Virus record (IMG/VR): IMGVR_UViG_2716884858_000003
Span: 1 to 64,000 of that record
Reading direction: 5' to 3' (one strand)
From: a virus
Taxonomy: Duplodnaviria > Caudoviricetes
DNA: 64,000 bases
Shown: in pieces, positions 18,877 through 27,849 of the stretch
How positions within the stretch are numbered: the first letter of the stretch is position 1
Layout of the letters: each line of letters starts with the position of its first letter
Position numbers and translations under genes: made by a program
The notes under the pieces: model-generated
The model's database searches: none
Told to the model about the DNA's origin: nothing
What the model saw: only the letters and a program-made list of their open reading frames with translations

Positions 18877-19622
18877 CCGACCGCGAAACCCTCGACGGCC
18901 TGCTGGGGGAGTGGGTCACGGTCCGCAACCCGGACCTGCCCGTCTCCTGGTACGGGCGCCTCGTCGGACTCCACGACGACCCCGGCGTGCTGCTCGCCAT
19001 CCCCGGCCGCGGCGGTACCTGCCTGCCCCAGCGCTACACCATCGCGGCCGCCGAGGCGCCCGCCGCCGTCCCGGCCGCCCAGGGTCTGCCGGACGGCGCC
19101 CTGGACTCCGCGGCCGCCGGCGCCGACATGCTCGATGCCTGGGCCCAGACCCCGGCCGGCCGCAACCTCCTCGCCCACGCCCTGACCCAGCTCGCCAGGG
19201 ACGGCTGGCTGCGCCCCGAGCCCGGCGACGGCTGGGACCCCGTCCCCGTCCCCGACCCCGTCGCGCCCACGCCTGGGACCGCCCCGGCGGACACGCGTCC
19301 GGACATGTCCAAGACCGAGGCGGACAGCCGGGGCGGACACGTCCGGACACGCGATGCCGGCGAGGAGCCGCGCACCTGCCTCACGCCCCCGACCAGGACA
19401 GACGTTGTCCGGACACACCCGGACACGGACACGGCGGACACCCCGGACCTCGGTGTCCGGATCGAGTACCGGGCCCGCGTCCGCCGGGACCAGGTCCACT
19501 TGGCCCTCACCGAAGCCTTCAACGCCATCGCCCGGGAAACCGACCGGTGCGAGTGCGGCCAGCGCGGCGAGTTCATCAGCGCCGACAGCAGCGGTGCCCA
19601 CTGGCACGCCGCCCCCGACTAA
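18873..19622 (+). CDS. Hypothetical phage protein containing a GGACA motif cluster
   Basis: GTGA overlap, GGAGG RBS. Confidence 0.55.
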   Translation: MTDRETLDGLLGEWVTVRNPDLPVSWYGRLVGLHDDPGVLLAIPGRGGTCLPQRYTIAAAEAPAAVPAAQGLPDGALDSAAAGADMLDAWAQTPAGRNLLAHALTQLARDGWLRPEPGDGWDPVPVPDPVAPTPGTAPADTRPDMSKTEADSRGGHVRTRDAGEEPRTCLTPPTRTDVVRTHPDTDTADTPDLGVRIEYRARVRRDQVHLALTEAFNAIARETDRCECGQRGEFISADSSGAHWHAAPD

Positions 19623-19641
19623 CCCGCGAGCCGCGTATCGC

Positions 19642-19992
19642 CTAGTCCGGGAAACCGAGCGCCGTGTCCGGGCGGCAGTGAGTGCACGCCGGCACCTGGT
19701 GCCGCAACGCGTCCACCGCCTGCTCCCGGGTGACCGGACGGCACCGGCCGCTCTTCGCCGCCGCCCAGCAGTCGCCCATGTGTACAGATTCGACGTTGCG
19801 GCGGTTCAGGCCGAACTGCACCAGCCACTCGGGCCGCTGCTGCTCCCGCTCCTCGGCATGCCGCCGCTCGGCATCCCGGCGCCTTTCCTCGTCGATCCAC
19901 CTGTCCAGCTGCGCCAGACTCGTCAGCGCCTGCTGCTCGACCACGCGCCGCGCGAACAGCAGCAGGTCCAGGCGAGACGGCGTGTCGTTCAT
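19642..19992 (-). CDS. DUF6233-like protein
   Basis: W.VQ.G...VH.GDCW...TREQA.DAL...VPAC.HCRPDTALG. Confidence 0.8.
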   Translation of the reverse strand: MNDTPSRLDLLLFARRVVEQQALTSLAQLDRWIDEERRRDAERRHAEEREQQRPEWLVQFGLNRRNVESVHMGDCWAAAKSGRCRPVTREQAVDALRHQVPACTHCRPDTALGFPD

Positions 19993-20042
19993 GTGTTCGA
20001 TTCTAGGTGTGAGTGGGCGATTCCAGCCAACCCCAAACCGGA

Positions 20043-21735
20043 TGTCCGGCGGCATCGAACCTTGACCGATTGCCACTGAAGATTGACCACTGTGGTTCGT
20101 GCCATCGAAGTTTGACCGGCACCAGAGTGCCTGGTCGGCGGGCAGGAACCAGGCTCGGGCCGCCGGTCAGCCCGGGCTGCTCAACCTGCGCAGCCCAGCA
20201 GCAGCGGAAGAGTACGGCCCCTGGCGAGCGAACTCCGGTGTCAACCCGTCAATGTTCAATGCCATCGGGCGATCGTGCCCTGATCGCAACGAGCGCCCGG
20301 ATTCAGCCCCCCGATCAGGTCGCTATGGTGAGCTACCTCCCCTTCAAAGCGACAAGGATAAGCGGATGTTCTGCACCGGGTGTGGCCAACCCGCTGGCGT
20401 CGCTGACGCCTACTGCGCCAGATGCGGACGGCGCCTGGCGGCCGCCGATACTCTAGGATCGGTCGGCCAATTCGTGTCGCCACCCCCGGCCGGACCGCCC
20501 ATTGACCGCAGGCTACGGCTCATCGCAGGCGGAGCGGCGCTCGCCGCAGCCGTGTCAACCGTCATCGCCCTGTTTCCCTCCTACTCCTACACCGGAGCCG
20601 ACGCCGTGCGTCGGACCCTCCATGACTCGCCCGGCACCTTGGCCTACAACCTGGTCTTCATCACCGCACTGGTAACAGCAGCCTTGCTGACTGCGGTCGG
20701 AAAGACAGCCCGCTTCGGCCTCGGCATGGTCACCGGCAGCGGCTTTCTCTTCATGGCCATCCTTAGCGGGGACGTCGGTGACATCCTGCGCGGAGGGGCC
20801 GACTACACCAGCGCCTACAACGCACCCGGGGCCGGCTTCTACTGGGGTCTCGCCGGCGGAATCCTCGGTGCAGCCGCGGCCACCGTCGCCGCAGCCGCTC
20901 TGCGACGCTCCCAGGACCTGTTTCTGGTGCCGTCCCGAACCAGCGCACTCTGGGCGGTGGCTGGAATGGTCCTGGCGGGGTCTTGGATCCTCGGGACGTG
21001 GTGGCCTTGGACCCAGAACATCGTCACTCTGAACGACGCCAAGGGCAGCCTCAAGACCGTCGAATTCGATCGGTGCTGCTCGCTGTCGAACATGGCCTGG
21101 CAGTGGGTCGCACAGGCGGTTGCCGTCGCGGTCCTGCTCGCCGTGATCGGCGTGGTCGCTGCATGCCTTCGGTCGGCTGCCGTCGAGGCGGGTCTTCTCC
21201 TTGCCGGTGCCGTCTTCTCGGCAGCCCAGGTTGTCGACTTGCTCTTGCATAAGCCGTACACCCTTGAGCAGGTGGCCGCTGCCTACCACGTGTCGAAGTC
21301 GTCCCTAGTTGCGGCAGGGGCAGTAGTACGGCTTGAGGTGTTGCCCGGCGCCTGGATCGCCACAGCAGCCTCGGCAGGATTCGTGCTGATGGCAGTAGGG
21401 CGGGGCATCCAGGCTGGAACTGCAGCCCAGCCGTCCGCCCCGGGCCGACCGGCCGTCGCCACGGTGCCGACGCAGTCCCCCGCCCTGGACGCGCCTGCAC
21501 AGCAGGTGTCCAGCGACATTGAACATTGACGGGTTGACACCGGAGTTCGCTCGCCAGGGGCCGTACTCTTCCGCTGCTGCTGGGCTGCGCAGGTTGAGCA
21601 GCCCGGGCTGACCGGCGGCCCGAGCCTGGTTCCTGCCCGCCGACCAGGCACTCTGGTGCCGGTCAAACTTCGATGGCACGAACCACAGTGGTCAATCTTC
21701 AGTGGCATTCGGTCAAGGTTCGATGTCACCGGACA
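20043..21735. mobile_element. Non-autonomous IS21-type cassette with long inverted ends and 5-bp target-site duplication
   Basis: 20043-20261 is the near-perfect reverse complement of 21517-21735; TG...CA termini; repeated GAANNTTGACC motifs; CCGGA at 20038-20042 and 21736-21740. Confidence 0.88.
20366..21529 (+). CDS. Zinc-ribbon polytopic membrane protein (cassette cargo)
   Basis: MFCTGCG...YCARCG followed by about 8 hydrophobic segments. Confidence 0.75.
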   Translation: MFCTGCGQPAGVADAYCARCGRRLAAADTLGSVGQFVSPPPAGPPIDRRLRLIAGGAALAAAVSTVIALFPSYSYTGADAVRRTLHDSPGTLAYNLVFITALVTAALLTAVGKTARFGLGMVTGSGFLFMAILSGDVGDILRGGADYTSAYNAPGAGFYWGLAGGILGAAAATVAAAALRRSQDLFLVPSRTSALWAVAGMVLAGSWILGTWWPWTQNIVTLNDAKGSLKTVEFDRCCSLSNMAWQWVAQAVAVAVLLAVIGVVAACLRSAAVEAGLLLAGAVFSAAQVVDLLLHKPYTLEQVAAAYHVSKSSLVAAGAVVRLEVLPGAWIATAASAGFVLMAVGRGIQAGTAAQPSAPGRPAVATVPTQSPALDAPAQQVSSDIEH

Positions 21736-21910
21736 CCGGATTGTCCTGCGCCATCGATCCTTGAGCGTTTGCAGTCGAACCTTGGCGGACACGGATCTCT
21801 GCCGCCGAACTCCGAGCAGAGCCCGTGACGGTCGCCTCAGGGCGATGGTCCCGGCGTGCATGATGACCATCGGACGGCTGCCACCGCGTGTTCGTGATCT
21901 GGGGGGATGG

Positions 21911-22759
21911 ATGGGGCGTATAGCCAAGGTTCGTGCGTACTGGGCGGACACGGCACCGTCGGTGAAGTGGGTGACCTATGTCTTCGTACCAGCAGGTGTC
22001 ATTCTCGGGGGTGCCGGACTCTACGGGGACGCCAACGGCTGGTGGGATGAACGAGGCTTCCTTGCGAACCTGTTGTCGAGTGCGACGAGCCTACTGTTCG
22101 GCGTGCCCACTGCTTTGATCATCCTCGGGCAGTTAGGAGCCCATCAGGCTGAAGCGCTGGAGCGTCGCGCAGTCCGAAGGCGCGCGCGGCTGGCCGTCGA
22201 CAGTTTCAAGCAGGCTTTGCTGCGGCTGTTTGCCCTAGACGACGTGGAACTGCTCGGCGAAACACTGCACCAGTTGTTGAGAGTCACTTTTCAATGGACT
22301 GAAGCCCTGAAGTTGCTCGGCGAGGATGAGGCGAGTAGACGTGCCCTCCTCGAGGCGATCGAGAACCGCGATCTGCTCATCGGGGCATGCCTGAAGTTGC
22401 GCCGCCCCCTCGACATCGGCGAGTGGCAGGACGAACTAGTTCTGCGGTGGAGCCAGTTGGATGACGACATTCGCCCTCGAGTCGAGGGCGCTGGGCTCCA
22501 TTGGATGCCTCCTACCACCTATATGACGGTACGCAGGGACTTCGAGCGCATCAACCAAGACTGGGAAGGAGCGGGTCCTTTCACAGGAGTTGACCGATAT
22601 GTGCGAGTCCTCTTCGGCGAGGAAGGGCGTCGCGGCGTAGGTGGCCCTGAACGCTGCCGCCAGCGGTTGGAGAGGCAAGGCGAGAACGACCGGCTGATGA
22701 TCTTCGCCCTGCTGTCGCTTCTGGGTGAGCTCCCCGAGATCGAGAAAATCGCGACCTGA
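21911..22759 (+). CDS. Two-TM accessory (moron-like) protein
   Basis: Two N-terminal hydrophobic helices then helical domain; atypical codon usage. Confidence 0.65.
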   Translation: MGRIAKVRAYWADTAPSVKWVTYVFVPAGVILGGAGLYGDANGWWDERGFLANLLSSATSLLFGVPTALIILGQLGAHQAEALERRAVRRRARLAVDSFKQALLRLFALDDVELLGETLHQLLRVTFQWTEALKLLGEDEASRRALLEAIENRDLLIGACLKLRRPLDIGEWQDELVLRWSQLDDDIRPRVEGAGLHWMPPTTYMTVRRDFERINQDWEGAGPFTGVDRYVRVLFGEEGRRGVGGPERCRQRLERQGENDRLMIFALLSLLGELPEIEKIAT

Positions 22760-23300
22760 GCTCGAACGGCAATGGTCACGGCGCCATGCGACACGCGGTG
22801 GGCGGCGCTCGGGAACTCCGCCACGTCCGCTGGCCCGCACGCCAGGCCCAGGATCTCGCCGGCCACGCGCACCCGCCAGCTGCCGCTCGGCGACACCACC
22901 ACGCGACGCTGCCCGGACATGCCCCCAGCATCAGCCCGCCGTCCGGACATGCACCCGGAGCGGTTCCAGCCCTGCCGCTGCTGCGCGCGACGTTGCGACC
23001 GGGGTCCGCTGCACCACCACGCAAGACATGCGCACTACGCCATTCGGGCCCACCCTGGAAGCGGCACCATCGGCTGCACAGGCCGACCATCCCCCGGGAG
23101 GTCCTGTGGTCCTGCTCGCACTGCTCATGCCCGGCCTGATGATCGCGTTCCTCTTCACCACGGACGCCGTCGAGGATTACCTCTTCCCACGCCTGCCAGC
23201 GGCAGGTGACGTGACACCTCCAGCCGACGACATACAACCGCGCTCCCCCTGACAACAGCGCCCCGTCCGGACATGCGCCCGGACAACGTCCAGACGCACG

Positions 23301-23330
23301 ACGGCCCCTCGCCGCCAGGTGAGGGGCCGT
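23301..23330. terminator. Stem-loop downstream of the GIY-YIG gene
   Basis: ACGGCCCCTC...GAGGGGCCGT. Confidence 0.55.
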
Positions 23331-23348
23331 TCCGCGAGCCGCCGTCGC

Positions 23349-23750
23349 TCACTCCTGCCGCTCCGCTGGCGCGCGGGCTGTCGTGTCGGACGCCGAGCTC
23401 TCGCGCCTGGCGGCGCGCTGCCGGCGCTGATTCTCACCGTGGCGAGCTGTGCCGTGCACGTTGTACTTGCCGGGCTCGGCTCTCAGCGCCTCCTGCTCCA
23501 CGCCGCGGGCCTCGGCGCGCGAGGGGTGCCAAGTCCACTCATACGTCGCTACCTCGGACCACCAAGGCGCATGCCGGTGCTCATCTGACCAGCGGTGTAC
23601 CGGGTCCTTGCTCGCTCCGATGTAGAGCAGAGACCCGGCCGCGTCGTACAGCCGATACACCGCGACGTCGTCGGGTGTCGCGCGGTGAACGATGCTTCCC
23701 CGGGCGACGCTAGTTGGCGGTCTACTCGCCGTCGTCTCCGTCGTCGTCAT
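23349..23750 (-). CDS. GIY-YIG nuclease family protein
   Basis: AVYRLYDAAG.LLYIG.S.DP..RW..H...WW...E..A...E...YN. Confidence 0.82.
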   Translation of the reverse strand: MTTTETTASRPPTSVARGSIVHRATPDDVAVYRLYDAAGSLLYIGASKDPVHRWSDEHRHAPWWSEVATYEWTWHPSRAEARGVEQEALRAEPGKYNVHGTARHGENQRRQRAARRESSASDTTARAPAERQE

Positions 23751-24051
23751 CCTTTGCCTTCCGTGGGCGCGTCTTGCCCGATCCCGAGTAGCCGCGCTCG
23801 ATGTCCTGGATCGTCGAGGGGGACACGTTGATCTTCGCCGCGAGTTTCCGCACGGAGACCTTCTGCCGTCGCTGATCGAGGACGAACTCCCGGCGGAGGT
23901 CGCTGAGTTCCTTGATCTTCGGGCCGTACTCCCGGAGGAATGCGCTGATCTCACGGGCTCTGGCCGTCTCGTCAGCTATGGCCTTGAGGTCTTCCAGGGC
24001 GTCGAACACGCGCCGTGCCACCTCCCCGCCGCCAGCCTGTTCTTCGGCCAT
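23722..24051 (-). CDS. HTH regulator
   Basis: SVRKLAAKINVSPSTIQDIERG. Confidence 0.8.
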   Translation of the reverse strand: MAEEQAGGGEVARRVFDALEDLKAIADETARAREISAFLREYGPKIKELSDLRREFVLDQRRQKVSVRKLAAKINVSPSTIQDIERGYSGSGKTRPRKAKDDDDGDDGE

Positions 24052-24195
24052 CCGGTTCCTATCTGCCGTGGCCGCTTGCCGACTGTATGGGAGTCCCATA
24101 CGATCGGGCAAGCGGCGCGAGGTGCGCCTACACAACGGCCCCCGGTCGGGGCCTAGGAAACGCCGACCGGGGGCCACGTCAGATTGGGCTGACGC

Positions 24196-24675
24196 ATGGC
24201 ACAGATTACTGATCGACCCCTGGGCTTGGCCCGGGACGTCACCGGTGAACACCGGTTCAAGGCCGCCGAGATGCTGGCCGGGGTTGCCCGGACGCTGGTG
24301 TTCGAGGACCCCGAGGGCCCGGTGGACTCTCTGAAGTTCGCGGTCCTGGTGGGGGTGCGGGCGTACGACCTGGTTGGCAGGGACTGCCGCGGCGGTGGAC
24401 AGAACGTGTCCCGTATGGCGCTGCGGGCGGTGGCCGAGCGCACGGGCCTGGAGCGGGGCGAGGTCCCGGCCGCGGTGACGCGCGAGGAGTTCGCGGTCAC
24501 GGTGGCCGAGGCCGCCCGGGCGCTGGGCTTCGACTGGCGCGGCGTGCAGCTGGGTTGGGAGGAGGACCGGGAGGAGCGTGCGATCCCGCGCCTCCCGGTG
24601 CCCGGCCCTCGCCGTAGTGACGAGTCTGGCCGCGTTCCGGCCCCTCGCCCGGAGCAGGCGGTGACGGCCCGATGA
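24196..24675 (+). CDS. Hypothetical protein
   Basis: First ORF of operon divergent from the HTH gene. Confidence 0.6.
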   Translation: MAQITDRPLGLARDVTGEHRFKAAEMLAGVARTLVFEDPEGPVDSLKFAVLVGVRAYDLVGRDCRGGGQNVSRMALRAVAERTGLERGEVPAAVTREEFAVTVAEAARALGFDWRGVQLGWEEDREERAIPRLPVPGPRRSDESGRVPAPRPEQAVTAR

Positions 24676-24935
24676 GCGAGCCGATCAAGGTCAGCGAGCC
24701 CCTGACTGTGGGCGAGGTGGTACGCCGCAAGACGATCGAGGTGGCGGACCTGCTGCGGGAGTTCCCGGCCGAGTCTCCGGCTCTGCTGGAGGAGGCGCAG
24801 CGCCTCGCGAACGAGCAGACGCAGGGGGAGCCCGCCGGGGTGTTCGCCGGTGTGCTCGGCAAGCTGCCGCAGCCGCTGGACGGGGAGACCGCCCGCGCCT
24901 ACGGCACTCGCCTCCTGGAGGGGGTGAAGCGGTGA
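24672..24935 (+). CDS. Hypothetical protein
   Basis: ATGA overlap. Confidence 0.6.
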   Translation: MSEPIKVSEPLTVGEVVRRKTIEVADLLREFPAESPALLEEAQRLANEQTQGEPAGVFAGVLGKLPQPLDGETARAYGTRLLEGVKR

Positions 24936-25078
24936 CCGCCCAGACCGAGCAGGAGCGGGCCCGCCAGGCGTACGCCGCTGGCCGCCCGCAGCGCGAGAGC
25001 GAAGACGTCCAGATGGGCCGGGACAACGCCCGGATCGACGGCGCCGCGACTGGCGCGCAGGGCGGGGGTGCCCGATGA
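24932..25078 (+). CDS. Small hypothetical protein (48 aa; not in ORF track)
   Basis: GTGA overlap at start, ATGA overlap at end. Confidence 0.5.
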   Translation: MTAQTEQERARQAYAAGRPQRESEDVQMGRDNARIDGAATGAQGGGAR

Positions 25079-25302
25079 CCTGCTGTGGACAGCAGATGGT
25101 GCAGGAAAACGGTCAGCTGGTGTGCCGCAAGTGCGGTGGCTGGTTCGACCAGGGCGCCGTTCCGGGGCGGTACGTGGTGGCGGCCGGCCTCATCGCCCGC
25201 CGCACCAGTGGCCGGTCCCTGCGCCTGGCCATCACGGCCCGCGGGGTGACCGGCCACCTGCGCCCGGCCATCATGCTGGCCGCCGCTGGGGGGTGCCGCT
25301 GA
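25075..25302 (+). CDS. Small zinc-ribbon protein
   Basis: CCGQQM...VCRKCG. Confidence 0.55.
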   Translation: MTCCGQQMVQENGQLVCRKCGGWFDQGAVPGRYVVAAGLIARRTSGRSLRLAITARGVTGHLRPAIMLAAAGGCR

Positions 25303-25544
25303 TGGGTGCCCGTGACTTCCTGCGCTCCCTGCGCCCGGGCGACGACCGGGCCCTGGCTGCGGAGCTGCGCCAGAACGAGCAGGCCGCCGAGAGGCGGCGC
25401 GAGGCCGGCCAGGCGGCGGACGTAAGGGCGATCTCCGACCGCGACAAGCGGCGAACGCCCGCCGAGGTGGCGGCCAGCAAGGAACGGGGCCGCCGTAGCA
25501 AGCGGGGCGGGTTCGAGCCTCCCGCCCCCGGCTTCACCCCCTGA
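25302..25544 (+). CDS. Hypothetical protein
   Basis: TGATG coupling. Confidence 0.55.
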   Translation: MGARDFLRSLRPGDDRALAAELRQNEQAAERRREAGQAADVRAISDRDKRRTPAEVAASKERGRRSKRGGFEPPAPGFTP

Positions 25545-25630
25545 GACCGGCTCGGGCCGCCGCCCCCTTCTTCCTCGGGGTGGCGGCCCGGGCCTTCCTC
25601 TGATGACCCACGAGCCCGAAGGGCACACCC

Positions 25631-26800
25631 ATGACCGAGACACCCGAGACGCCGCAGCACTGGCAGCCGGGTACGCGCCGCAAGAAGGTCAAGATCCAGC
25701 GGGCGGAGACCACCGTCATCGACGGCAGGCCGTCCACGCGGATGGTGCCTGACGAGGTGTGGGTCACCCTCCCGCCGCGCGACTGGGACGAGATCATTCG
25801 GCGCGGTGTCACCACCGTGGCGGTCGTCGTCACCGTCCTGGCCGCAGCCGGGACCACGGCGAGCGTCGGCGGCCTGCTGTCGCACATGCTGCACCCGGGC
25901 GTCGCGTACGCCGTGGGCGTGGTGTTCACGTCCTCCTGGCTGGCCTGCCTCGGCGTGGAGCACATCGAGCGCGTTGACGCCGGCCGCGCCAAGCGGGCCC
26001 GGATCGGCGGGTGGGCGGCCCTGATCATCAGCATGGGCGCCGTCATCACGTACGGCCACACCCTGGACCTGCTGCCCGCCGGAGTCGTCGGCTCCTGCCT
26101 GGACCTGCTGGCCAAGGGCCTGTGGTTCCTGGTCATGGGACTGGACACGGTCAATCTGGACCCCGGCGTCGCCCACTGGGTCGCCGAGGAGGAGCAGCAC
26201 CTGGCCGGCCGGTTCCTGCTCGGAACCCGGCTGGCCCGCCTCAACCGGCGCGCCGTCCAGATGCGGGCAGGGGGCCCGGAGTTCCAGGCGGCGGAGGCCA
26301 TCCTGGCCCAGGCCAGCGGCCACCAGGCGCAGCAGCTCCCGGCCGCGGACACGTCCGGACAGGCGGCGCCCGTGTCCGCTCCGGTGTCCGGACAGCCGCA
26401 GGCACCGGCCCAGGCGCCGGTGTCCGGACACGTCCCGGCCCCGTCCGGCCCGCCCCCGGCGGCGCCGACCCCGCCCCCGGCCGCCCCCGTACCGCCGCCT
26501 GCCGCGCCGACGCCGCCCGCACCGCCGGTCACCCCGGCGGGCACCGGCGCGTCCGGCAGCAGCGAGCAGCAGGACGGCGGCCCCGGCCTGCGCCCCGTGG
26601 GCCCGCCCAGCAAGGCCCAGACCATCCGCGACGTCCTGGTCGCAGACCCCAAGATCAGCGACGCCGACCTGATCGAGCACGTCAAGGCCGTCCACGGCGA
26701 CGGCGACGACGCGGCCAAATTCGCGGACACCGTGACCCGTACGCGGCGGCGCATCGAGAACCCGTCCGCGCCCCGCACGAAGAAGACCCGGAGCGCCTGA
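25631..26800 (+). CDS. Four-TM protein with Pro-rich linker and C-terminal putative DNA-binding domain (Spd-like architecture)
   Basis: Four hydrophobic segments, PA-rich linker, SKAQTIRDVL..DP.ISDADL...TVTRTRRR tail. Confidence 0.7.
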   Translation: MTETPETPQHWQPGTRRKKVKIQRAETTVIDGRPSTRMVPDEVWVTLPPRDWDEIIRRGVTTVAVVVTVLAAAGTTASVGGLLSHMLHPGVAYAVGVVFTSSWLACLGVEHIERVDAGRAKRARIGGWAALIISMGAVITYGHTLDLLPAGVVGSCLDLLAKGLWFLVMGLDTVNLDPGVAHWVAEEEQHLAGRFLLGTRLARLNRRAVQMRAGGPEFQAAEAILAQASGHQAQQLPAADTSGQAAPVSAPVSGQPQAPAQAPVSGHVPAPSGPPPAAPTPPPAAPVPPPAAPTPPAPPVTPAGTGASGSSEQQDGGPGLRPVGPPSKAQTIRDVLVADPKISDADLIEHVKAVHGDGDDAAKFADTVTRTRRRIENPSAPRTKKTRSA

Positions 26801-26940
26801 TGACCACGCCCCAGTGGCTCGCCCTCGATGCTTTCGCCGGCCTGGTGATGTTCTTCCGCTGCCGCAACGACCTGTGGCGCCTGGGCGGCCTGCTCATGAC
26901 CGGCGTTGCTCTGCTGTACCTGCTCTCAGGGGTGGAGTAG
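26800..26940 (+). CDS. Small membrane protein
   Basis: TGATG coupling, hydrophobic. Confidence 0.5.
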   Translation: MTTPQWLALDAFAGLVMFFRCRNDLWRLGGLLMTGVALLYLLSGVE

Positions 26941-27659
26941 TGCGCTACGCCGTCCTGCTGCTGGTCGCCGCAGGCGGCGCCTACTGCTGGCTGCGCTACC
27001 GCGGCCCGGGGCGCACCTCGAGCGCCCGCCGCCCCCGCCCGGGCGGCCGGCCGATCGAGGGCGCGGGCGCCTCCGCGGATGCCCACGCCCGGGAGCTGCG
27101 CACCCCGCTGGTGCGCCTGGCCACCGCGGCAGGGATCACCACCCGCGCGGAGGCCCGCGCCCGGAACTTCGCGACCGGAGCCGAGGGGGAGCGGTACGTA
27201 GCCCAGCTCCTGGAGCCCTTGACCCGGGAGGGGTGGGTGTTCCTCGCCGACTGCGCCCTGCCGCACGGTGAGGCACAGGTGGACCTGCTGGGCTTCGGCC
27301 CGCGCGGCCTGGTCGTGAACGTGGACCCGAAGAAGTGGGACCGCCGTTTCCGCCTGAGCGTGCGTGGCAACCGCCTGCTGCACGGCACCAAGGACGTGTC
27401 CGGGCGCATGCGCGGCCTGGCCTACGAGACGCGCACCGTCGCCGCCCTGCTGTCCGTGCCGGTCGTGCCGGTCGCCGCCATGGTCGGCCCGATGCTGCGC
27501 GGCACGATCCTGCGCTTCCGCGGCATCCGCCTCGTCCCGGCCGAGGACGTCCCCGAGTTGCTGCGCGCCCTGGACCGCACGCACCTGACCACCATCCCCT
27601 CCGGCCGTCTCGTCGACACTGCCCAGCGGCTGCTGCCGCCCAAGATCACCAAGAGGTAA
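26940..27659 (+). CDS. Membrane-anchored NERD-domain nuclease-like protein
   Basis: GAEGE..VA..L...GW.FL.D...QVD.L..GP.G...VD.K. Confidence 0.78.
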   Translation: MRYAVLLLVAAGGAYCWLRYRGPGRTSSARRPRPGGRPIEGAGASADAHARELRTPLVRLATAAGITTRAEARARNFATGAEGERYVAQLLEPLTREGWVFLADCALPHGEAQVDLLGFGPRGLVVNVDPKKWDRRFRLSVRGNRLLHGTKDVSGRMRGLAYETRTVAALLSVPVVPVAAMVGPMLRGTILRFRGIRLVPAEDVPELLRALDRTHLTTIPSGRLVDTAQRLLPPKITKR

Positions 27660-27663
27660 CCCC

Positions 27664-27849
27664 GTGCTGAGCTACTGGGACGTTCTGGCCGTCGCTCTCG
27701 TCGGCCCCCTGTTCTTCGTGAACCCCATGCGCTTTCGAAACCTCTACCGGGCCCTGGCCGCCTATGCCCTATGTGGCGTGGCCATCGGCACTGCGTACCT
27801 GCTGGTGACCCGCCCCGCTGGCGACTGGATCGCGGGGGTGCTCGGATGA
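27664..27849 (+). CDS. Small membrane protein
   Basis: GAGG RBS, two hydrophobic segments. Confidence 0.5.
   Translation: MLSYWDVLAVALVGPLFFVNPMRFRNLYRALAAYALCGVAIGTAYLLVTRPAGDWIAGVLG

Noticed and set aside
20099-20365. N-terminal extension of the cassette cargo ORF and mirrored ORFs at 21283-21951
   Set aside because: They are translations of the inverted repeat; the plausible start is ATG 20366 after AAGGA
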